From a virus, in IMG/VR virus record IMGVR_UViG_3300045988_040260, positions 1-55,119 of that record: a DNA stretch of 55,119 nt. One strand, given 5' to 3'. The notes beneath the pieces were generated by a model. It made no database searches, was not told the DNA's origin, and saw only the letters and a program-made list of their open reading frames with translations. Positions 44,362-51,416 of this stretch are shown here, in pieces (the first letter of the stretch is position 1; each line of letters starts with the position of its first letter). The translations under genes and the position numbers were made by a program.

Positions 44362-44442
44362 TCGGATAGACAGGAATCGAACCTGTGACTCCCTCAATTA
44401 CTGCTATTGCAGTGGTTATTCTTCCAACTGAACTACTATCCG
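44362..44442 (-). tRNA. tRNA-like gene with non-canonical anticodon arm (isotype undetermined; possible pseudo-tRNA)
   Basis: Acceptor CGGATAG/CTATCCG, D arm GTTC..GAAT and T arm ACAGG-TTCGATT-CCTGT are canonical. The anticodon arm folds as ACTGC-AATA-GCAGT, a 4-nt loop. Confidence 0.45.
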
Positions 44443-44693
44443 AAAAAGGAAATATTCACTCCATCAAAAGGTTTGTCAAAACGCATAAAGGCTTTGCTTT
44501 GAAGTGTATTTCCGATTACTTTCAGCGCGCGTCTTACTCATAACCTTGTTTTTGTGCGTTTTCATTTTACTTTGCCTTACTGTATCGCGCCAACACGTAC
44601 AGACCGCCCTACTCTAACTTTTTAAGTAAAGCATGTCAGCATTACGCAACCGCTATTCAAGATATAACAGCTCGCACTAAGCCGACATATGAT

Positions 44694-44820
44694 TGATGTG
44701 GTGTGGATTTGAACCACACATGAAAGACTTACTTTCTCATAATGTCCCCCGAGAAGTGCTTTCTCTGTATTACGTTTTGCAATAGACATTTCATAGCGTT
44801 TACTCATTCCGCCACACATC
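44694..44820 (-). ncRNA. 127-nt tRNA-like element (Leu-type D arm, long variable arm, canonical T arm, about 40 nt extra in the anticodon region)
   Basis: Acceptor GATGTGT/CCACATC (6 bp plus 1 mismatch), TGGCGGAATGAGTAAACGC, variable hairpin GAAAG-TAAGT-CTTTC and T arm TGTGG-TTCAAAT-CCACA. No clean 7-nt anticodon loop. Confidence 0.4.
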
Positions 44821-44843
44821 AACAGTCAGCATGCACCGACTAG

Positions 44844-44930
44844 CGCAGATACAAGGACTCGAACCTTGATAACGATTTTACTCGTTAGAGAGATTAGCAA
44901 TCTCCTGTGATACCATTACACCATATCTGC
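44844..44930 (-). tRNA. tRNA-Ser (anticodon GCU)
   Basis: Acceptor GCAGATA/TATCTGC, anticodon stem GGAGA/TCTCT with loop TTGCTAA, long variable arm AACGA-GTAAAA-TCGTT and T arm CAAGG-TTCGAGT-CCTTG. Confidence 0.85.
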
Positions 44931-45232
44931 AATTTTATTCGCCATACCTATGATTCTTTAAGTTTTGTGGTTTCTGGTTCATCAAATATTATTCTCATAG
45001 ATATGGCTTAATCGAGACTTCATGCCTAGCTGATATTGCACAGTATGGAAACCTTAGCATACTTCCGCAATACTTTCTTTTCACCGCTTCACTGGATTTT
45101 GGAAATACAATAATACGCTCAGCAAGTTGAAAAACAATTATTCTTTTAATCCCCATAAGGGCATCCCATACAATAATCATCAAAACTCCCTCGCTTCGCA
45201 TAATTATTTGTTCTAGGTATTTCAACCTATAG

Positions 45233-45304
45233 CTGGCAAGGTGGGAATCGAACCCGCGACAAGTCGGTTAACAGCCGACTGCTCTACCATTGAGCTACAA
45301 GCCA
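45233..45304 (-). tRNA. tRNA-Asn (anticodon GUU), imperfect acceptor stem
   Basis: D arm GCTC-AATGGTA-GAGC and anticodon arm GTCGG-CTGTTAA-CCGAC are canonical. The acceptor TGGCTTG/CTTGCCA has two T:T mismatches and the T stem has one C:A mismatch. Confidence 0.65.
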
Positions 45305-45650
45305 GTAATGAGGGTGAAGTCTAAGGAGTGGCAACACCCTCCGGAGATATAATTTGTATGTGCTGTAGGAAAAGAACTAACGAAACCTACAGCAAAGGGC
45401 ATGTGAGGGATTGTACCTCACCTAAGACTCACTGATTTGAGTTGCCCTAGTTTAACAATTAAAGGGGGGTATATATGTCTACTCTGCCTATTACAGATGT
45501 CTTTACGACAGGTTGGTTTTCACGCTCGTGTATTGTGGGATTATACACGATTAAACCCTCACGAGCCTTGTGACGGCTCTTAACAGCTTTCCACTATGAG
45601 GGCGAAAGGAACTACTAAGTCCAATGTCGGGGAACCAAGTAAACCCCGAA

Positions 45651-45722
45651 CAGGGCATGTTGGATTTGAACCAACGAATACAGGAATCAAAATCCTGTGC
45701 CTTACCGCTTGGCGAATGCCCT
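45651..45722 (-). tRNA. tRNA-Gln (anticodon UUG)
   Basis: Acceptor AGGGCAT/ATGCCCT, D arm GCC-AAGCGGTAA-GGC, anticodon arm CAGGA-TTTTGAT-TCCTG and T arm GTTGG-TTCAAAT-CCAAC. Confidence 0.9.
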
Positions 45723-45726
45723 ATAT

Positions 45727-45885
45727 TTACTGCCACATGAAAGCTATGGCAAGTATCTGACCGAGCATTACCGCAGCACCGAGAAGTCTCGAGCTAACTG
45801 TCTCTTTTTCGTCTAACATGGTACTTGATGTTCCAAATGCGGTTAATACCAGCCATACTGTTGTTGCAATTTTTAATACAAACAT
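45727..45885 (-). CDS. Small membrane protein (52 aa)
   Basis: MFVLKIATTVWLVLTAFG.. and LLGAAVMLGQILAIAFMW. GAGGTG RBS. Below the track cutoff. Confidence 0.45.
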   Translation of the reverse strand: MFVLKIATTVWLVLTAFGTSSTMLDEKETVSSRLLGAAVMLGQILAIAFMWQ

Positions 45886-45902
45886 GTTTTACACCTCAAA
45901 AT

Positions 45903-46352
45903 CTAATTATCCTTAAAGCCCTCTATCAGCGACTCGGTTATGGTAGCCAAGACTAGAAACACTACCGAGATAAGCAATCCGTGTTCGTCAGATAAGAGTA
46001 CTGCACGAATTGTGCAAAGCATCATCAGCCACAGGAAAACATTTTTAATCAACACCGGAAGTTCCTTATCCACGAATTTTCCAAACACTTTCCATCTGCG
46101 CCTAGATTTAAGCTCATGAGCCTTAATTGTGTACCATATAGCTTTTTGTACATCCTGTGTGAGACTGTCTTTATGACCGGCACGATATTTATACTTGTAT
46201 GCAGTAATCTCACACCATTTAGCCACATCCTTAAGTCCGTAAATGTCAATCATTTCATCAATGCACTCTTTACGATTGGGCAGATTGTAGTGACTAGGGT
46301 GATTTACCATATCAGAATTAATTTTGCTAGACTCAAATCCTGTTAATTTCAT
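45903..46352 (-). CDS. DUF3310-like phage protein with C-terminal TM segments
   Basis: VNHPSHYN..ECIDEM..AYKYKYRAGHKDS..DVQKAIWY fits the DUF3310 pattern. The C-terminus is hydrophobic. Confidence 0.65.
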   Translation of the reverse strand: MKLTGFESSKINSDMVNHPSHYNLPNRKECIDEMIDIYGLKDVAKWCEITAYKYKYRAGHKDSLTQDVQKAIWYTIKAHELKSRRRWKVFGKFVDKELPVLIKNVFLWLMMLCTIRAVLLSDEHGLLISVVFLVLATITESLIEGFKDN

Positions 46353-46621
46353 CGCTCTTAGCTCCTTTGCTGTTATATATTATATATAACTATTATTTTA
46401 CCGTAGTTGTATGTATATATATTATTATTGTGTATGTTGTTTAATTAATATATAACTTATGTTATAATAATAAATACTGCTTGGTACGATTGAGGTATGG
46501 GTAAAGGCCTTTTTGTTTTGGCGGATATTTTGGGAGCTAAGTGGGGCGGTTTGTCGCTTTTCATATACACCCCCAGGGCACCCAATACGCGCACTGCTCG
46601 GCTCTCAAACATCAAGCATTT

Positions 46622-46765
46622 AATTGTATCTATTGCATATACAATTCACTTCTATGCTTTCAACTCTTCGCTAAACAACTGTTTTGTGAATAGTTGCAAT
46701 AATTCGATAGCTCGCAAAGCCTTGTAAATCAAGGGATTAGAATTGTATTTGTTGTATATACAATT
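46622..46765. repeat. Two copies of the inverted repeat AATTGTAT-N9-ATACAATT
   Basis: Copies at 46622-46646 and 46741-46765, with 8-bp perfect arms in each. Confidence 0.6.
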
Positions 46766-47426
46766 ACTTGGCATTATCAACCATGTTATCACTCGATAAT
46801 GCTTTAATATTCTGACTATTTGCCCCGCCTAACTGTGGTAATTCATTGGCCGTTAACGCTCTCGCTTGTGTAGCCTCATAGCCAATTCCCGGCTGATTCA
46901 TACCAAATTCATTATTACCAACGAACATAGCACCGACAGGGGATTTATTGTCGTATGCTCTATCCTTGATACAATCTTTACGGATTCCCTGCAATTTTTC
47001 CCAAATCTCATAACTTTTAGGACTTGACTCTTTATTCAATCTCCAATTATCTATAACACCACAATCAATATTACACCAATTACTAAATGCAACAGTACTA
47101 CACAGCTTATTATATACATCACTAATATATATATATTCGTCACATATATTATTTAATATATTATAATTATATCTGTTATAGTTGGTTAACATACATGTAT
47201 TGTTATATAATTGCTTATCTTTTAATATACTGTTATCATTAAATATAATTTCCCCTACTCTTTTACAAACAGCTTTCCAAGGCCTTTGGCCCTCGCTTTT
47301 TAAATCGTCAATTTGTAGTTCCTGGCAAGCCTGATTTATAGCCCTTTCAAAGTCCTCTCGATAAAGCTGGAAGGTGCCAAAATCGGCAACTAAATGTTTA
47401 GTTATATTTCCTTTGATTTTTTCCAT
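46764..47426 (-). CDS. Hypothetical protein (Asn/Tyr/Cys-rich centre)
   Basis: 220-aa ORF flanked by AT-rich non-coding DNA. No motif recognised. Confidence 0.6.
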   Translation of the reverse strand: MEKIKGNITKHLVADFGTFQLYREDFERAINQACQELQIDDLKSEGQRPWKAVCKRVGEIIFNDNSILKDKQLYNNTCMLTNYNRYNYNILNNICDEYIYISDVYNKLCSTVAFSNWCNIDCGVIDNWRLNKESSPKSYEIWEKLQGIRKDCIKDRAYDNKSPVGAMFVGNNEFGMNQPGIGYEATQARALTANELPQLGGANSQNIKALSSDNMVDNAK

Positions 47427-47559
47427 CTCAGCACCTCAAAATCATAAAATAAAAAAGCCCGCACAACCTAGAATTTAAAAACTCTAAGCTGTACAGGCTA
47501 ACCGGCATCCGCATATACACTCGTGCTTGACAATAACACGTTCTGTGCTTAAATTGTTG

Positions 47560-47720
47560 ATGTAAATATACACCCTTAACATATATTTGTCAAATAGATT
47601 TTAAAATACTATTGCTGTATATATTAAACTAAATATATTTAACCAAGTATTATATATATTTATATATTATATATATAATATTATATCTTCTTGTTTAATA
47701 TTAAATAAATAAAAAAAAAG
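47560..47720. repeat. Extremely AT-rich (TA)n-like tract, candidate DNA-unwinding element
   Basis: tatatattaaactaaatatatt..tattatatatatttatatattatatatataatattatat..aaataaataaaaaaaaa. Confidence 0.5.
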
Positions 47721-47782
47721 GGGTTTAATAATAATACACTCTTCTATAAAGCCGTTAGGCTTTATTGATATATATACTATAC

Positions 47783-47853
47783 TTACCTTACCTATACTAC
47801 GGATACAGATTGTATACAGACCTGTATACATCATGTATACATTTTGGATACAA
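47783..47853. repeat. Iteron cluster 2 (candidate second origin)
   Basis: ccttacctatacta, then GGATACA, TGTATACA x3 and GGATACA. Shares the block seen at 6095-6166. Confidence 0.6.
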
Positions 47854-47904
47854 TTATCAATTCCCCTTTGTTTATTTTTCCGCTTTATAAGTTTTAAAGT
47901 TGCA

Positions 47905-47935
47905 AAAACAAGTCGGTCATAAAACCGACTTTTTG
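47905..47935. terminator. Bidirectional rho-independent terminator
   Basis: aagtcggt-cataaa-accgactt flanked by an A-run and a T-run. Lies 3' of the minus-strand gene 47954..48178. Confidence 0.7.
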
Positions 47936-47953
47936 AAAAAGCAATATTTAATT

Positions 47954-48178
47954 TTAATCATCAATCGCGCGGAGCAAATAGCCGTACACGTTGCATTGCT
48001 CAAACTCCAAGACATCCCCAGAGTAAATCGCACCTATTTCCTTTTTAACCTTGATATTCTCGTCTTTTTCGCTGTCGTAAAATGTAACATAACAATTCGT
48101 GCTACTAACGCACTTTAATGGCTCAATGCTTGGCACTGTGGCTGGTGTGTAATATTTATTAACTTCAAATTTTCTCAT
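47954..48178 (-). CDS. Hypothetical protein
   Basis: 74-aa ORF. Confidence 0.55.
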   Translation of the reverse strand: MRKFEVNKYYTPATVPSIEPLKCVSSTNCYVTFYDSEKDENIKVKKEIGAIYSGDVLEFEQCNVYGYLLRAIDD

Positions 48179-48197
48179 ACTCTTTATACCTCCAATT

Positions 48198-48371
48198 CTA
48201 AAAATTTACTTGACTACCTTCTAAAATTTCATCGTTGATTAGATCCCACTTTGCAAAGTAGCCGGTTTTTCCTTGACTTGTTAGCTCTTTAACTCTTTTA
48301 TTTACTTCTTTTTTGGTGCTATAAATTTCTTCATTGTTACCGGAGATAACAATATAATCATAACTTTTCAT
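48198..48371 (-). CDS. Small hypothetical protein (57 aa)
   Basis: GAGGTGAGG RBS upstream of the ATG at 48371. Below the track cutoff. Confidence 0.45.
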   Translation of the reverse strand: MKSYDYIVISGNNEEIYSTKKEVNKRVKELTSQGKTGYFAKWDLINDEILEGSQVNF

Positions 48372-48424
48372 TTTTCCTCACCTCATTTGTTAAACTGTTT
48401 CTTTGCTACGACATAACTATAACA

Positions 48425-48837
48425 TTTTGTGCCTTGTATGTCAATTGTTTTTTGTGCCTTATTTTAATATTTTTTCTTCACGTTCTAATTTTTCTGCCAC
48501 TGCTAGTTTTATAAAATCATTTGCACTATATTTCAATGCTTTTATGCGGTCTTTTGTGCCTTTAGCAAAGCGACAGTTTACACGTTCAAATTTATCATCA
48601 TATTTATAGTTGGCTTTTCTGCGCGCTTCTGTGGTCTTATATTCCATATATTTTGCACCTCTTTCCTTTATATAGTTACATTCATTATATATTTTTGTGC
48701 CTTGTAAGTCAAGTAATAATAATTGCTTCTATATAATAGCGTTTTAAATAATTTTGTGCCTTGTATATATTGTATAATAGTTTTATTGTTTTGTGCCTTA
48801 CATTTTGTGTATTTTGTCAATTGTTTTGTGCCTTACA
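48425..48837 (+). repeat. Six direct copies of TTTTGTGCCTT(G/A)(T/C/T)A
   Basis: Copies start at 48425, 48450, 48693, 48752, 48789 and 48824, all in the same orientation. They flank the gene 48459..48647 and overlap the rightward promoter. Confidence 0.8.
48459..48647 (-). CDS. Small basic protein, ribbon-helix-helix-like
   Basis: 62 aa. ..FERVNCRFAKGTKDRIKALKYSANDFIKLAVAEKLEREE has a beta-alpha-alpha pattern. Confidence 0.5.
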   Translation of the reverse strand: MEYKTTEARRKANYKYDDKFERVNCRFAKGTKDRIKALKYSANDFIKLAVAEKLEREEKILK

Positions 48838-48849
48838 TTTTGATATACT
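48821..48849 (+). promoter_or_regulatory. Candidate rightward promoter with extended -10 (TTGTTT-17-TGaTATACT)
   Basis: ttgttt at 48821-48826 and tgatatact at 48841-48849. Lies 62 nt upstream of the first plus-strand gene. Confidence 0.5.
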
Positions 48850-48910
48850 TTAGTCAAGCCGAAAGGCAAGGAACAAAATAACATTTTATTAAATATGGAG
48901 GTGCTTTTAT

Positions 48911-49051
48911 ATGGAAAGAATCAAAGAGTTAGAAAATGAATTAACAAAAGTTTGCGGCACTCACGAAAATGATTGTTCCAAGTGCCCAAAACAAAAAGAA
49001 TGTGAAGAATATTGTAAATTGGCGCAGATTTACGAAATAGTAAACAGATAA
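48911..49051 (+). CDS. Small Cys-rich protein (46 aa)
   Basis: GGAGGTG RBS. Sequence MERIKELENELTKVCGTHENDCSKCPKQKECEEYC.. Confidence 0.5.
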   Translation: MERIKELENELTKVCGTHENDCSKCPKQKECEEYCKLAQIYEIVNR

Positions 49052-49067
49052 GAAAGAGGGTCTAAAT

Positions 49068-49337
49068 ATGAAAACAAACGATACAATCAAAGTACATTTA
49101 TACGATTTGCACAATAAGGAGATACAAACCAGAAACTATGGCAAGGTTTTTCGTGTGTACGAAAAAGCCGGAAAACTTGGAATCGATTGGAACACAGAAA
49201 AAAGCCCATACACCTGCAAGGGTGATGTGTTTGCACCATTTGAAACATTTGCGCCATCTGTAATATTTGAAAATATTGAAACCGGGGAACTTTTCCACTT
49301 CTCAAATATTGAAAATGCAGTTGTTAGAATAGCATAG
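49068..49337 (+). CDS. Hypothetical protein
   Basis: 89-aa ORF with an AGAGGG RBS. Confidence 0.6.
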   Translation: MKTNDTIKVHLYDLHNKEIQTRNYGKVFRVYEKAGKLGIDWNTEKSPYTCKGDVFAPFETFAPSVIFENIETGELFHFSNIENAVVRIA

Positions 49338-49422
49338 TCGAAACCGCCGCCCCGGCGGTCTGTAGGAATTGCCCCACTTGCACTGATGAGACAGGGCACG
49401 CAATGAAAGGATGGTTGATTAT

Positions 49423-49698
49423 ATGACAAAAGCGGAACTACTGAAAGAATTTGACAAACTGCAAAAAGAAAAAGAAATACGTATTGAGGGCATACACTGC
49501 AATAGTAATAAAAGCACAATAGAAAACGCTATTGAGTGCCTAAAATGCCCGGATGAGCTGCTAGAGAAATACTTAACGGTTGTAAGTCTCAAATATGAAA
49601 ATATCGGGCGCACAATTGCAGAAAATGGAGACTTCAAGCGCCACCCCTTCAACCGGCTTTACGTATTTAATACAGCTAGACAGATTTTAGCAAATTAG
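49423..49698 (+). CDS. Hypothetical protein
   Basis: 91 aa from the ATG at 49423. Confidence 0.55.
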   Translation: MTKAELLKEFDKLQKEKEIRIEGIHCNSNKSTIENAIECLKCPDELLEKYLTVVSLKYENIGRTIAENGDFKRHPFNRLYVFNTARQILAN

Positions 49699-49722
49699 CA
49701 TATCGGGGGGGGAGGACACAGC

Positions 49723-49818
49723 ATGAGAGATTTTATCGAGCTTTTAAAGGCTTTAAGCCTTTTTATATCGTGCCTTGTAATTGGGTATGGTGGTTTGTTT
49801 TTATTTTTTATTAAATAG
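49723..49818 (+). CDS. Possible 31-aa hydrophobic peptide
   Basis: GGGGGGAGG RBS. Sequence MRDFIELLKALSLFISCLVIGYGGLFLFFIK. Confidence 0.3.
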   Translation: MRDFIELLKALSLFISCLVIGYGGLFLFFIK

Positions 49819-49863
49819 CTAATATCGAGGGATTTTTTAGCCGGTTCGATTCCGGCTATTAGT
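49818..49863 (+). ncRNA. tRNA-like minihelix (acceptor stem plus T arm only)
   Basis: GCTAATA ..15 nt.. GCCGG-TTCGATT-CCGGC TATTAGT. D and anticodon arms are missing. Confidence 0.4.
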
Positions 49864-49900
49864 TTTATATATAAGGCTTTTAATGTCTTATATAATCTGT

Positions 49901-49994
49901 TGAGGGCTACCAATTAAAGGCGGTTATAAGTGCATATATTAACGTTTTGAGCGTTTGAGGGCTACCGGCTTTTGTGGTCATAAGTGCATATATA
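49901..49994 (+). repeat. Two 39-nt direct repeats with conserved flanks and a variable core
   Basis: TGAGGGCTACC-N12-(T/C)ATAAGTGCATATAT at 49901-49939 and 49956-49994. Confidence 0.75.
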
Positions 49995-50268
49995 CAGACA
50001 TTCGCGGATAATGTAAAGCCGTATCGGCGTGGTATTTGAACTTGCGACAAGTGGAGCGATTAATAAACGTGGGGAATAGCAAGCGCAGAGCAACGAGCGT
50101 TAGACATGCTAAAGTGTGTAAGATATACAGCGCACTATAAACATTTTGTATGCATACATAGGTGCTTTGCGTTACCACCTAATAAAAACAGATTAACGCA
50201 CGACAGACCGCGAAAAGGTCAAAAACAACTTATAAACCATGTACTAAAACGGAAAAGAGGGTTAATGA

Positions 50269-50538
50269 ATGGACAACGAACTAAAAAACCTTGACGCTGT
50301 AGAGCATGAAATAAAAGCACGCTACAACGGTAAATATACGGATGTATTAGGCTATCAGGCAAGCGAGCGAGAAACACGTAAAGCAATAACAGACATTTTT
50401 AGAGCTGTCGCAGAGTCGGGCACGTGTGACGATGTTACTGCGCTTATTAGTGACAAAGAGTATCGCCGGGCGGCCTTTAATAACTATCTAAACCATAAAA
50501 ACTATATAAGCCCAATAATTAAGGCTTGTTATAATTAA
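50269..50538 (+). CDS. Hypothetical protein
   Basis: 89-aa ORF. Confidence 0.55.
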   Translation: MDNELKNLDAVEHEIKARYNGKYTDVLGYQASERETRKAITDIFRAVAESGTCDDVTALISDKEYRRAAFNNYLNHKNYISPIIKACYN

Positions 50539-50549
50539 GGGGGTGTACT

Positions 50550-50804
50550 ATGTCTAATTATGAGTATCTAGGAAAAAAGGAAATATATAAGCGTGTCAAG
50601 GCGCTAGGCTATGAGATGCCAAAAATAAAAGAATTTTACTATACCAAATACGATTGCATCGAGTGGATGGAGTCGCACGAGTTAAAAATTACAGTTCAGA
50701 GGTGCGGAGAATGGTTGCAAGTTGTCGAAAAGTGCGCACACGCTCGCCCAGTCACGTTGTTTTGTGACTATCAAGGCGGAAAATATATAACGCGTTATTA
50801 CTAG
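50550..50804 (+). CDS. Hypothetical protein
   Basis: 84-aa ORF with a GGGGGTG RBS, followed by a terminator. Confidence 0.6.
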   Translation: MSNYEYLGKKEIYKRVKALGYEMPKIKEFYYTKYDCIEWMESHELKITVQRCGEWLQVVEKCAHARPVTLFCDYQGGKYITRYY

Positions 50805-50825
50805 GGATATTCTATATCCCTTTTT
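50803..50825 (+). terminator. Rho-independent terminator of the plus-strand island
   Basis: agggatat-tct-atatccct followed by ttttt. Confidence 0.75.
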
Positions 50826-50902
50826 GTTGTGCCTAAAATCGAGTGTACAGCCGTTGGAGCTGTCGCAAGTTATCCGGCTATAAGTCCGGGTACTATCGTA
50901 CA

Positions 50903-50931
50903 TTGACAAATTAACAAAATCAATATATGAT
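50903..50931 (+). promoter_or_regulatory. Orphan consensus-like promoter (TTGACA-17-TATGAT)
   Basis: ttgaca at 50903-50908 and tatgat at 50926-50931. No convincing ORF follows for about 340 nt. Confidence 0.45.
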
Positions 50932-51272
50932 ATTATGATATACACATTTAAAGCCGTGTATTTGATGTTTTAAGGGCTTTTATACGTGTTAGCGCGGATT
51001 TTATCAAGCGTGTTAAAACAAGTCGTAAAACAAGCCGTTTACAACGCTTTGCGATATAGCTGTAGAGCTTCAAGCTGTGCCGGGTGTGAGTTGTTGCAAG
51101 TCAGGCGCACCAACTCATTGAAAATGTTTGAATTTTCAGAAAACTTTACTCAATTAAAGCGTGGTGCGAGTTCTTTGCAAGTTCTCGACAAGTTTTTGTA
51201 AAATTTTGCGAACGGATTTTTGAAATCGAAAAAGCCAAAAGGTACGGGGGTATCAAAATTTTTTAGGATTTT

Positions 51273-51416
51273 TTAGGATTTTGAATTTTGAATTGCTAAA
51301 AAATAAATGCTCTTGGCACTATAGTCGCTCTCTCTTAGTTTCTCAATCAATTTCTGCCGTGTCATTTCCGGATTAGTCCGGTGTATGTATTCTAATAATC
51401 TGTCTATTTTATCCAT
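51273..51416 (-). CDS. Small hypothetical protein (47 aa)
   Basis: The ATG overlaps the upstream stop (ATGGATAA). Last gene of the operon. Confidence 0.35.
   Translation of the reverse strand: MDKIDRLLEYIHRTNPEMTRQKLIEKLRESDYSAKSIYFLAIQNSKS

Noticed and set aside
44622-45736. Track ORFs 44622..44822, 44995..45225 and 45551..45736 in the tRNA island.
   Set aside because: They overlap tRNA or tRNA-like genes on the same strand, lack RBSs and have implausible Cys/His-rich compositions. They are treated as non-coding.
46497-46727. 76-aa plus-strand ORF in the non-coding region upstream of the DUF3310 gene.
   Set aside because: It has no RBS, is on the wrong strand relative to all neighbours and spans the inverted-repeat elements. 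It is probably non-coding regulatory DNA.
46764-47426. The 220-aa protein as the terminase small subunit.
   Set aside because: It is separated from terL by about 6 kb, the tRNA island and about 15 genes. No TerS-like HTH or oligomerisation motif was recognised. It is left as hypothetical.
48425-48837. Possible CRISPR array, because of regularly recurring short repeats.
   Set aside because: The repeats are only about 14 nt, the spacing is irregular (25-243 nt), a protein-coding gene sits between copies and no cas genes are present.
50986-51201. 71-aa GTG-start ORF downstream of the orphan promoter.
   Set aside because: It has no SD sequence, a Cys/Ser/Leu/Arg-rich composition and internal tandem DNA repeats. 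It is kept only as a possible ncRNA region.
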